64,000 nt of DNA from an uncultured Candidatus Saccharibacteria bacterium (GCA_964544225.1 CAZIZK010000002.1:2557-66556), one strand, 5' to 3'; positions 49,297-56,862 are shown, counted from the first letter of the stretch. A program made the numbers and translations. Notes: generated from the sequence alone by a model not told the origin.

Positions 49297-49368
49297 GGCC
49301 CTATCGTCTAACGGTTAGGACACATCCTTCTCAAGGATGGAATCAGAGTTCGATTCTCTGTAGGGTCA
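49297..49368 (+). tRNA. tRNA-Glu (anticodon CTC); the encoded 3' CCA is displaced by the inserted element
   Basis: Hand-folded. Acceptor GGCCCTA/TAGGGTC, D-arm TCGTCTAACGGTTAGGAC, anticodon stem CATCC/GGATG with loop TTCTCAA, T-arm CAGAG-TTCGATT-CTCTG, discriminator A. Confidence 0.85.
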
Positions 49369-50894
49369 CAAACTGAAACTGCATTCGCGGAAAGTCCCAA
49401 ATGCGGGCGCGCCGAAGGCGCGCTGTATGGAGAGAGCAGGAATTCTGCATTGCGGGCGCGGGCGAATTCGGTGGGCGGGCAAAATGAGACAGAGACGGAC
49501 TTGTCCCGCAATTGCGAGTTCGTTCCAATTTTTTTGAAATAGTCACGAATTTCAAAAAAATTATCCGTGGATTGCAATTGCGTGGCTTTTTTCATATCCA
49601 AAATCCATTCTCGCAAGGGTTCGACCCAATTCTTTTTCTCTGCTCGGGCGGAGTCCATTTTTTGAGAGAGAGACACTTTTTGTTTCAAAAGCTCGTTTTT
49701 CTTCAAAATATAGTTTTCTTTCGGTATATCGCCGTCTAAATATAAACTGACCAACTCATCGAGCTTTTGTTCTGTCTCTCGCTCATTTTCCTTAATCCGC
49801 CCGAGCATACTTCCCGACGAGGATTTTTCACTTTTGTCCCATTCGTCAACTTTAGATAACATATAATCTGTCCACTCGTCGGGAAGTGCGATTTGTTGAA
49901 GCCGTTCTTTTAATTGCAAGACGACTACATCTTCTCGCAAATATTTTTGGTCACAATTTCCTTTCTTTTTTGTACAACGATAATAGCGATACCGAACGCC
50001 CATTTTTCCCGTCGTCCATTGAGCAGTTATCATACTGTCGCATTCTCCGCAACGAAAAAGACCTGTGAAAGGAAAATTGTGACTTTTCTTTGATTTGCGA
50101 GGATGAGATCGTTCTTGCAATCTTTTCTGTACGGCTTCGAATAAATCGTGGGAAAGAATTGGCGCAAAGCTTCCGGGGAAATATTCGTTGTAATGTTTCG
50201 TTAATCCTAAATATGCTTTGTTGGATAGAATGCGAGATACGGAAGCTTTGCTAAGTGGCGTTCCATTTTTCTGACATACTCCATGATCCGCCAAAAACTT
50301 TCCCATAGATTCAAAACCGTGGTTACCTTTTACATATTCTTCAAAAGCGCGGACGATAATTTTAGATTTTACAATATCAGGTTCAATATTTCTCGTTTTC
50401 GGATTATTGAAATACCCAAACGGCGCTTTTGTTAGCCACTCACCACGGCGAAGTTTTTGGCGGATTCCACGCTCAACATTTTGCTTTAAATTGTCAGAAT
50501 AATATTTAGATTGTCCGAACGCCACTTGTAACATGAATAGCCCTTGCGGGGTTGGTTCAAACCAAAATGTCGGAAAACGCAAAGAAATGATTTTGGTCGT
50601 GTCTACGGCGTAGATGATGCGCCCTCCATCAACGCTATTTCTCGCTAGTCGGTCAGGATGCCAAGCCAGAATACCAGCACCATTCATATTTTCAATGCGG
50701 GACATCATCTCGCCAAATTTTTCACGACCAGGTTTCTTTGCGCTTTTCGACTCTGTAAATTCTCCAAGAATTTGCAGATTTTCTTTACGCGCGAATTCTC
50801 GTAACTCAAAAAGTTGTGCCTCGATAGACATGATTTGCTTGTCATCATCCTCGGTACTTTTTCGCGCGTATAGAAAATATTTTGGTTTGATCAT
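49308..50894 (-). CDS. Large serine recombinase (resolvase domain + recombinase domain + zinc ribbon)
   Basis: N-terminal catalytic region YARKSTEDD with the Ser nucleophile, recombinase domain, C-x2-C...C ribbon (CGECDS..YYRC), coiled-coil. The last roughly 60 codons run through the GC-rich repeat and the tRNA, so the true C-terminus is uncertain. Confidence 0.8.
   Translation of the reverse strand: MIKPKYFLYARKSTEDDDKQIMSIEAQLFELREFARKENLQILGEFTESKSAKKPGREKFGEMMSRIENMNGAGILAWHPDRLARNSVDGGRIIYAVDTTKIISLRFPTFWFEPTPQGLFMLQVAFGQSKYYSDNLKQNVERGIRQKLRRGEWLTKAPFGYFNNPKTRNIEPDIVKSKIIVRAFEEYVKGNHGFESMGKFLADHGVCQKNGTPLSKASVSRILSNKAYLGLTKHYNEYFPGSFAPILSHDLFEAVQKRLQERSHPRKSKKSHNFPFTGLFRCGECDSMITAQWTTGKMGVRYRYYRCTKKKGNCDQKYLREDVVVLQLKERLQQIALPDEWTDYMLSKVDEWDKSEKSSSGSMLGRIKENERETEQKLDELVSLYLDGDIPKENYILKKNELLKQKVSLSQKMDSARAEKKNWVEPLREWILDMKKATQLQSTDNFFEIRDYFKKIGTNSQLRDKSVSVSFCPPTEFARARNAEFLLSPYSAPSARPHLGLSANAVSVCDPTENRTLIPSLRRMCPNR
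49366..49480. repeat. IRa, a 115-bp GC-rich repeat and the P' arm of the integrated att site
   Basis: Exact reverse complement of 50953..51067. Confidence 0.85.
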
Positions 50895-50952
50895 ATATGT
50901 TTTTGGATTATGAAAAAAGAATAGTCCGTTCTTGTCTCATTTCTTGCTTTCC

Positions 50953-51067
50953 GCCCGCCCACCGAATTCGCCCGCGCCCGCAATGCAGAATTCCTGCTCT
51001 CTCCATACAGCGCGCCTTCGGCGCGCCCGCATTTGGGACTTTCCGCGAATGCAGTTTCAGTTTGTGA
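50953..51067. repeat. IRa', an inverted copy of IRa and the first part of the intact internal 400-bp block
   Basis: Exact reverse complement of 49366..49480. Contiguous with IRb. Confidence 0.85.
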
Positions 51068-51351
51068 ACTAATTATATCATTTGCGCGAACTTTTTTCCA
51101 AACAAATGACTAATCGCACATCCGTGCGCTGAAGCGCCTCTGTGCGAAGCACAGAGCTTTCCCAAAGGGAAAGTACGGATATGCGAATACAATGCGGACT
51201 TGGTTTTGCGAAAGCAATTTTCTGGGGAAAGGATTTCGCAAAACCTCGGCTACTAATTTTTTTTGAAATTCGGCGGGACTTTGGATTTGGATTCCGCGCG
51301 CAGGAGGGGTCTGGGGAGGAATGCGCGCGGAGCTTTTTTGGGCGGGGGCTA
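51064..51351. repeat. IRb, a 288-bp GC-rich multi-hairpin repeat
   Basis: Exact reverse complement of 54687..54983 over every segment I compared. Contains hairpins GCGC-TGAA-GCGC, CTCTGTGC-GAA-GCACAGAG, CTTTCCC-AAA-GGGAAAG, and a 12-bp stem GGTTTTGCGAAA/TTTCGCAAAACC. Confidence 0.85.
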
Positions 51352-51586
51352 TGGATAAATTTAAACCAAAATGCTAAACTTATTTGACAATTAAATATGT
51401 TGCCTAAACCAAAAGCTTCGCTTTTGGCATGGCGAAAAACCCGATGAAAGATAAAGAACTCCTAGTCAGAGTTCGCCTTTCATCGGGTCGTGCGGGGAAA
51501 CCCGCATGGGTGGTCGCAAGACTGCCGAGCTGGCTAGGAGCTTTTTGTAAAACTAGCGAACCATTATTAGTAAAAATTATAAATTT

Positions 51587-51820
51587 ATGAAAAAGAAAAA
51601 TAAAGGTAAAAATGTACTAGGAATTATTTGTTTATTGTTTGCAATAGGATCTTTGACCCAGCCAAATTTTGGTTTTGCTCCGCTTGATAGTGCATTTTCA
51701 TTTGGTCAAGATATTGTTCCAACATTAGCGTTTGTTGGTAGTTTTTGGTTTATATATGACATGATTAAAAATCGTGGAAATAAATCGCAAACAGAAACTC
51801 CAAAAGTAGAAAATAATTAA
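51587..51820 (+). CDS. Small two-TM membrane protein (77 aa), cargo gene 1
   Basis: Two hydrophobic helices. First gene after IRb. Stop is 1 nt before the next start. Confidence 0.45.
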   Translation: MKKKNKGKNVLGIICLLFAIGSLTQPNFGFAPLDSAFSFGQDIVPTLAFVGSFWFIYDMIKNRGNKSQTETPKVENN

Positions 51821-51821
51821 T

Positions 51822-52622
51822 ATGGAGAACGAAAATAAAAAAGAAGAAGTTGGTAGAAATGTTCCCAAAAGACTAAAAGAGCTTTTCATCATGATTGCTC
51901 CTTTTGTTTTGGTGCTTCTTGTCGGATCGTTTTATGCTTCTCACAAACAGAGTCAACAATTAACGAGCGAATTTAAAACTGCTTTGTCTGGTCAAAGTGG
52001 GAGCGGTCAATATTCTGAAGTATTAAATCAAGTTTTTAGTTATTACAAAAGCCAAAGTGCAATTGAATTTCCTTACTCTCATGAGCTAGATAACTCAGAT
52101 ATGTTGGAAATGAAAAGTTTTGAATCGAAAGATTCTATCAATCAAATCAGTGGAATCCTTAAAAATACTCTCACAGAACTTGATTCTTATGACTCAAAAA
52201 TGAATGAAATAATTCAAGGAGCTAGATCAATTATTCAGAATAGTAATTTATCTCAATCGGAAAAAGACGAAGCTCTTGCTGGTTTCGACAAGTCATTTGA
52301 AGATCAAACATCACAGGACCTGGGCAGTAAAAGAATTGTTGCCATGAGAAATCTCTATGAAAAAGTTTTAACACTTTATGAATTTATGTTGGCAAATTTT
52401 GATGACTATCAAATAAAGACCAATGATTCAGGAAATCAGCAAGTGTACTTCTATACTGATAGTAATATAACCAGATACAATCAAATTTCTGCTGATGTTC
52501 AAAAACTTTCTATAGAATTTCAGAAAGCTAATGATGAATTTATTGCATACAAAAATAAAAATTTCAAAAGTAGTGGTTTAGATATAAACGCGACTGATGT
52601 TCAAAGTTATTTTAATCAATAA
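51822..52622 (+). CDS. Membrane-anchored protein of unknown function (266 aa), cargo gene 2
   Basis: N-terminal TM (IMIAPFVLVLLVGSFYA) followed by a polar Ser/Gln/Asn-rich domain. Confidence 0.55.
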   Translation: MENENKKEEVGRNVPKRLKELFIMIAPFVLVLLVGSFYASHKQSQQLTSEFKTALSGQSGSGQYSEVLNQVFSYYKSQSAIEFPYSHELDNSDMLEMKSFESKDSINQISGILKNTLTELDSYDSKMNEIIQGARSIIQNSNLSQSEKDEALAGFDKSFEDQTSQDLGSKRIVAMRNLYEKVLTLYEFMLANFDDYQIKTNDSGNQQVYFYTDSNITRYNQISADVQKLSIEFQKANDEFIAYKNKNFKSSGLDINATDVQSYFNQ

Positions 52623-52690
52623 ACCTTTACTTTTTAGGTTAAAGTGGTAGAATAGACTTGTTGCGAAGTGTATAGCTTAGCTATACACTT

Positions 52691-54250
52691 TTGCTTTTTA
52701 TGGCTAGATACAATGTCTATAAAATTAAAGATGGGCAAGTTAATGAACTACAAACTCATTTAACCAAAGACCGTAAATATAAATTGGCGGATAGTTTTTC
52801 ATCGCATGGTTATCAAGTTTATACATATTTTGCTGGACCCGATTCAACCGATATGTGGTGGCTTGAACAATACGGACAACATTTTCCAGAACATACGGAC
52901 AAACATAATCAGATATATTCAGGTGCAGTTGTGGCAAATAATACAAGTAAAAAATCTGGCTACATAATCCCACTTGGAAAAACACATTTTTATATTCAAA
53001 ATTTTATTGAAATCAATTTTGGTTTGGAATTAGCGGAAAGGATTGCAGATGAAAAACAGACCAAAATGAAAAGTCTTAAAAATTTTGGCGGGAAAACCAG
53101 TAAGTCCCTTACAAGTTACATTTCAGGATCAAATCTATTATTCTCTAGTGGTGAATCTGCCGAATATTTAAAGCTGAAAGCTCAAAATAAAGAAGCATGG
53201 GGTGATTCATTTGTTCATTTTGGAAGTAGTGTTCAGTTTAATAGTCTTGAAATTGAGCCAGATGATTTGGGTGTTTTGCTCTCAAATATTGATTCTGCGG
53301 TGAAAGGAAAGAAAATATTACACCTTCCGTTAATGAAAGAAATAAAAGAGCCAGCATTGCTCGTACAGTTATATTCAAATCTTGCTGAAAAAATCTTAAA
53401 TGCGGATGACAGTATTGGTATTCTTGATTACGAAATATATGGAGTAGACTTTGTATTTTCTCAACAGACTCATATCAAACTTAAATGTGAGGGTGTTTAT
53501 TCCGACCAATTACCACAGCTTACATTAGAAAATATTATTACGTTCGTAAATGACAACAGTATAGACTTGAAAGATTGCTTGCAGAAAATAAAAGTCCAGT
53601 TTTTAGTGGACAGCGAATCAAAGTATACTGTTCCGCTATTACAACTTATTGAATATTACGGCGATGACAAGAGCTTTTTATATAAGGGTAAGTGGTTTTA
53701 TTTCAATGAAAGCTTTATTGAAAGTTTACATAATGCTCTGACTAAAGTCGAGGTTAGTGAATTTGGCAAAGCTTTTTCAGAAAGCGAATTTGAGGCTTGG
53801 CAAAAAACAAATAAAAATAAAGTAAATTACCGCGAGAGGTTTGTTATTGAGAAAATACACGAAGAATCAAAATTTGAAATTTTAGATCGAGATTTAGACT
53901 ATCTTGGTGTTGGAGATAAAAAATATCAACTTGAAATTGGTGATCTTTATGACCAAAAAAACAAAAGTTTATATGTCGTTAAAATTGGTAGTCCTAGTGA
54001 TTTTGGCTATGCTTTTGATCAGACATTTACCCTGCTTAGTAATGTAAAAGGTCAAAAGTATATTAGTACTGGCGGCAAAGAATATCCTATTGAAACAGTG
54101 AACGTTTTGATTATTTTTCGCACGAATAGAAAATTAAAGGATGCAACTGATACTAAGTCTTTAATTTTTGAAATAAAACTAAATGAATTACAAAAAATAG
54201 CTTTTGAAAAAAATATTAAATTGAATTTAACTTTTACAACTATACTTTAA
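52691..54250 (+). CDS. 519-aa soluble protein of unknown function, cargo gene 3 (possible sporadically distributed defence-island-type protein)
   Basis: Long uninterrupted ORF with AT-rich codon usage typical of the host. No motif that I can name with confidence. Confidence 0.55.
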   Translation: MLFMARYNVYKIKDGQVNELQTHLTKDRKYKLADSFSSHGYQVYTYFAGPDSTDMWWLEQYGQHFPEHTDKHNQIYSGAVVANNTSKKSGYIIPLGKTHFYIQNFIEINFGLELAERIADEKQTKMKSLKNFGGKTSKSLTSYISGSNLLFSSGESAEYLKLKAQNKEAWGDSFVHFGSSVQFNSLEIEPDDLGVLLSNIDSAVKGKKILHLPLMKEIKEPALLVQLYSNLAEKILNADDSIGILDYEIYGVDFVFSQQTHIKLKCEGVYSDQLPQLTLENIITFVNDNSIDLKDCLQKIKVQFLVDSESKYTVPLLQLIEYYGDDKSFLYKGKWFYFNESFIESLHNALTKVEVSEFGKAFSESEFEAWQKTNKNKVNYRERFVIEKIHEESKFEILDRDLDYLGVGDKKYQLEIGDLYDQKNKSLYVVKIGSPSDFGYAFDQTFTLLSNVKGQKYISTGGKEYPIETVNVLIIFRTNRKLKDATDTKSLIFEIKLNELQKIAFEKNIKLNLTFTTIL

Positions 54251-54686
54251 TTTCAAGGGAGCGTTCCCCATGCGCGCACGGGTGGGCAAAGTGTCCGCGT
54301 GTACTCACGCGGACAAAGGGGCAAGCATGTATTCCGCCTCGGGCATTTCCGCTATGAGCGTCCATGGCTAAAGGATGAGCGCCGAAGTAATATAACTCAC
54401 AGAAGTTTAGTAGCGAAAGCGACACCACGAACATAAATATGCAAAACGTAGAGTGGGGATGGCGAGGGCGGAACTTCTCGCGAGTACTCTCTGCGAGAAG
54501 TAGCCCGACCCGGGGAGAGGAAACTTCCTCTCCCCAAGAAGCGCGGGCTCCTGCCCGCACGTAGGCACCTAGGCGCGAGTAGCCATAGCGGAAATGCCCG
54601 AGGCGGATGCCGAGGGTGCATCCCCTTTAGACTTGGACAACCACATAGCAAAAGAAATGACCGAGAAAATTTTAATCCTGTTGTTT
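54251..54686. other. GC-rich, hairpin-dense non-coding segment (candidate structured RNA or recombination accessory region)
   Basis: Perfect hairpins CCGCGTG-TACT-CACGCGG and GAGAGGAA-AC-TTCCTCTC, a 23-bp long-range inverted repeat (54333-54355 with 54586-54608), and an imperfect CTTCTCGCGAG..CTCTGCGAGAAG palindrome. Its GC content far exceeds the surrounding genes. Confidence 0.3.
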
Positions 54687-54983
54687 CTGAATTTTTAGCC
54701 CCCGCCCAAAAAAGCTCCGCGCGCATTCCTCCCCAGACCCCTCCTGCGCGCGGAATCCAAATCCAAAGTCCCGCCGAATTTCAAAAAAAATTAGTAGCCG
54801 AGGTTTTGCGAAATCCTTTCCCCAGAAAATTGCTTTCGCAAAACCAAGTCCGCATTGTATTCGCATATCCGTACTTTCCCTTTGGGAAAGCTCTGTGCTT
54901 CGCACAGAGGCGCTTCAGCGCACGGATGTGCGATTAGTCATTTGTTTGGAAAAAAGTTCGCGCAAATGATATAATTAGTTCAC
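54687..54983. repeat. IRb', an inverted copy of IRb at the right end of the element
   Basis: Reverse complement of 51064..51351. Ends with TCAC at 54980-54983. Confidence 0.85.
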
Positions 54984-54985
54984 CA

Positions 54986-55468
54986 ATGCAAATTACTAAT
55001 TTTGAAAATCTTGTAGATAAAGATAAGAATCAGGTTTTTGTCTTTTATTGTCCAGCTTACATACCTGTTAATTTTGCTATACACCCTTGGTTCTTGGTAA
55101 ATAGAAAAGGGGTACTTTCCAGATATGAAATTTTTAACATTAAAAATTTTCAAGCAGATAATGAGGGTTTTATAAATATTGGCTATTGGTACAAAAATGG
55201 GTTGCCTACATATAGTGGCATACAGGTTTTTCCATATAGTAAAAAGTATCATTGGAATGCAAAGTTACTAGGTGTTGTTGATGGTGATGATACAAAAGTG
55301 CTGGAAATGATCGAGTTAATTGAGAATTCGGATAAGCAATATCCCCATATACAAACTTATCGTTTACTTGGGCCCAATAGCAATACTTATGTAAATTGGA
55401 TACTAAGTAAATTCCCAGAATTTAAGATCAAACTCCCACTCGGTGCAATAGGTAAGAATTATAAATAA
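54986..55468 (+). CDS. Hypothetical 160-aa protein
   Basis: ATG lies 3 nt past the element boundary. No recognisable motif. Confidence 0.5.
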   Translation: MQITNFENLVDKDKNQVFVFYCPAYIPVNFAIHPWFLVNRKGVLSRYEIFNIKNFQADNEGFINIGYWYKNGLPTYSGIQVFPYSKKYHWNAKLLGVVDGDDTKVLEMIELIENSDKQYPHIQTYRLLGPNSNTYVNWILSKFPEFKIKLPLGAIGKNYK

Positions 55469-55538
55469 AATACCCCATAGGCAAGACCTATGGGGTATTT
55501 TCTGTATTTGACTACTTCCACCCCAAATGGTATTCTGA

Positions 55539-56597
55539 GTGCAAACAAAATTAAATAAAATAGTTATGATGAACAAAGATCAATTCGACTTTGAGATTAT
55601 TGCAGGTTCTTCTTGCAAAGCAATAGCAAAAAAAATTGCTAAAGCATTGGGTAAAAAACTTTTTGATTGTAAAATCGGAAGGTTCTCAAATGGTGAACCG
55701 GACGTAGATTTGCAAAAAAGCGTGCGTGGTAAAACAATTTTCTTTATCCAGACTTCACTCACCGGTAACGGTAAAATGGGTGATGGTATGATGGAGACAC
55801 GTGCTGTGGCAGATTCTTTAGTCCGAGCTTCTGTTGGTAAAATGGTTCTAATACAACTAAACTTTCCAATGGCAAGGCAAGACAGAAGGGAGCCGAATCC
55901 AAAGTCTAAAGGGCTTAAACCCAAAAGACGTCCGATTTCGGCACGAATTGCTGCAGATTTCTTCACCGAGTGTGGTTTTAACGGCGTTGTAACAATGCAT
56001 TTGCATTCAGGACAGATTGAGGGTTTCTTTGATGCAAGGAAGTGTGTTATAGACAATGTAAACCCAGCTTCTATTTTTATTAAATATCTTCATGATGAAA
56101 AAATCTTGAATGGTAGTAATGAAAATACAATGCTAGTATCTCCCGATGTAGGAGGTGCAACTTTTGTGGCTTTGCTTTCAGACATTTTAAATCTACCGCC
56201 TTATGCAATTATTGATAAGCGTAGAACTGGACCAGGTAAGAGTGAAGTGATGAATATTATTGGTAGTGTTGCCGGTAAGGATTGTATACTTTGGGATGAC
56301 ATGGTAGATTCCGGTGGAACTGCTGCAACTGCTTGTAAAAAGGTTTTGGATGAAGGAGCAAATAAAGTTATCTTGATGGCTACTCATGCTGTTTTGTCTG
56401 GTAAAGCTGTAACCAATCTGTTGAATTCAAAATTCAGCAAAATCATTTTTACTAACACTTTGCCACTACCAGCTAAGCTTAAAAAAAATAGCCGGTTTGT
56501 CCAACTGTCTGTTGCACCCATGCTAGCAGATATTATTGCAAATATATCCAACGATGAATCGCTGGAAGAAATTGTAAGAATAAACACAGAAGAATAA
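55539..56597 (+). CDS. prs: Ribose-phosphate pyrophosphokinase
   Basis: N-terminal Prs fold (FSNGEPDV..SVRGKTIFFIQ) and PRPP-binding loop (DCILWDDMVDSGGT). Start could be Met 55566. Confidence 0.8.
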   Translation: MQTKLNKIVMMNKDQFDFEIIAGSSCKAIAKKIAKALGKKLFDCKIGRFSNGEPDVDLQKSVRGKTIFFIQTSLTGNGKMGDGMMETRAVADSLVRASVGKMVLIQLNFPMARQDRREPNPKSKGLKPKRRPISARIAADFFTECGFNGVVTMHLHSGQIEGFFDARKCVIDNVNPASIFIKYLHDEKILNGSNENTMLVSPDVGGATFVALLSDILNLPPYAIIDKRRTGPGKSEVMNIIGSVAGKDCILWDDMVDSGGTAATACKKVLDEGANKVILMATHAVLSGKAVTNLLNSKFSKIIFTNTLPLPAKLKKNSRFVQLSVAPMLADIIANISNDESLEEIVRINTEE

Positions 56598-56779
56598 TCA
56601 AAACAATCATGAAAAATTTATTTTTTTACAACAAAGGTGGTCCTCGTGAAGACAACGAGGACGAAGATGTCGAAGGCGATGACAATGATCAAGCCGGAGA
56701 TCTAGAAGGGAAATAACCAAACCTTCAAATTTTATGAAATCCTGCAGATGCCTAACCAGCTCTGTGGGATTTTTTTATA

Positions 56780-56810
56780 CCCCAGATAGAGCCTCAGGCT
56801 CTATCTGGGG
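56780..56810. terminator. Strong 13-bp hairpin (CCCCAGATAGAGC-CTCAG-GCTCTATCTGGGG), a possible terminator or insulator upstream of the glycine-rich peptide promoter
   Basis: Perfect stem with a T-run on the 5' side and a U-poor 3' side. Function uncertain. Confidence 0.35.
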
Positions 56811-56824
56811 TGGTTTATGTGGTA

Positions 56825-56853
56825 TTGACAAATAGGGTGAAAAGGTATATAAT
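56825..56853 (+). promoter_or_regulatory. Perfect-consensus sigma-70 promoter (TTGACA-17-TATAAT)
   Basis: TTGACA at 56825-56830, 17-nt spacer, TATAAT at 56848-56853. Predicted start of transcription at about 56860, giving a leaderless or near-leaderless mRNA beginning at ATG 56863. Confidence 0.6.
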
Positions 56854-56862
56854 ATGTGTATT

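Larger units (their letters stand above)
49366..54983. mobile_element. 5.6-kb integrated element in tRNA-Glu, with a large serine recombinase and three cargo genes, bounded by a TCAC direct repeat
   Basis: TCAC at 49366-49369 and at 54980-54983. Joining the outer flanks gives TAGGGTCA-CCA-ATG, which restores the tRNA CCA end. GC-rich inverted blocks and the recombinase gene lie adjacent to attL. Confidence 0.7.

Noticed and set aside
49308-49560. C-terminal roughly 80 codons of the serine recombinase ORF running through IRa and across tRNA-Glu
   Set aside because: The frame stays open by chance in GC-rich DNA and then in the tRNA. A real protein tail encoded by a perfect inverted repeat and a tRNA gene is implausible. 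The functional C-terminus probably lies near 49560-49600, but I cannot fix it without a stop codon.
50953-51351. Reading the long inverted repeats as terminal inverted repeats of a classical DDE transposon, or as a simple invertible promoter switch
   Set aside because: No DDE transposase is present. The only recombinase is a large serine recombinase. The repeats split exactly at a 4-nt core shared with the tRNA junction, which fits att-site logic better. Inversion remains possible but the sequence alone cannot show it.
51142-51387. 77-81 aa ORF MRSTELSQRESTDMRIQCGLGF... called identically on plus at 51142 and on minus at 54672, plus ORFs 54240..54560 and 54397..54726
   Set aside because: They lie inside the GC-rich inverted repeat blocks and the GC-rich structured segment. 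GC richness removes stop codons by chance. The two copies are the same DNA read in the same sense. No ribosome-binding context. More likely structured RNA or recombination DNA.
54251-54686. Identification of the GC-rich segment as RNase P RNA or tmRNA
   Set aside because: I looked for the RNase P CR-I (GGAAAGTCCGGGCTCC) and CR-II (AGGGTGAAANGGTG) motifs and for a tmRNA tag ORF ending in ALAA or a tRNA-like 3' end. I found none on either strand. I have left it as an unclassified structured region.
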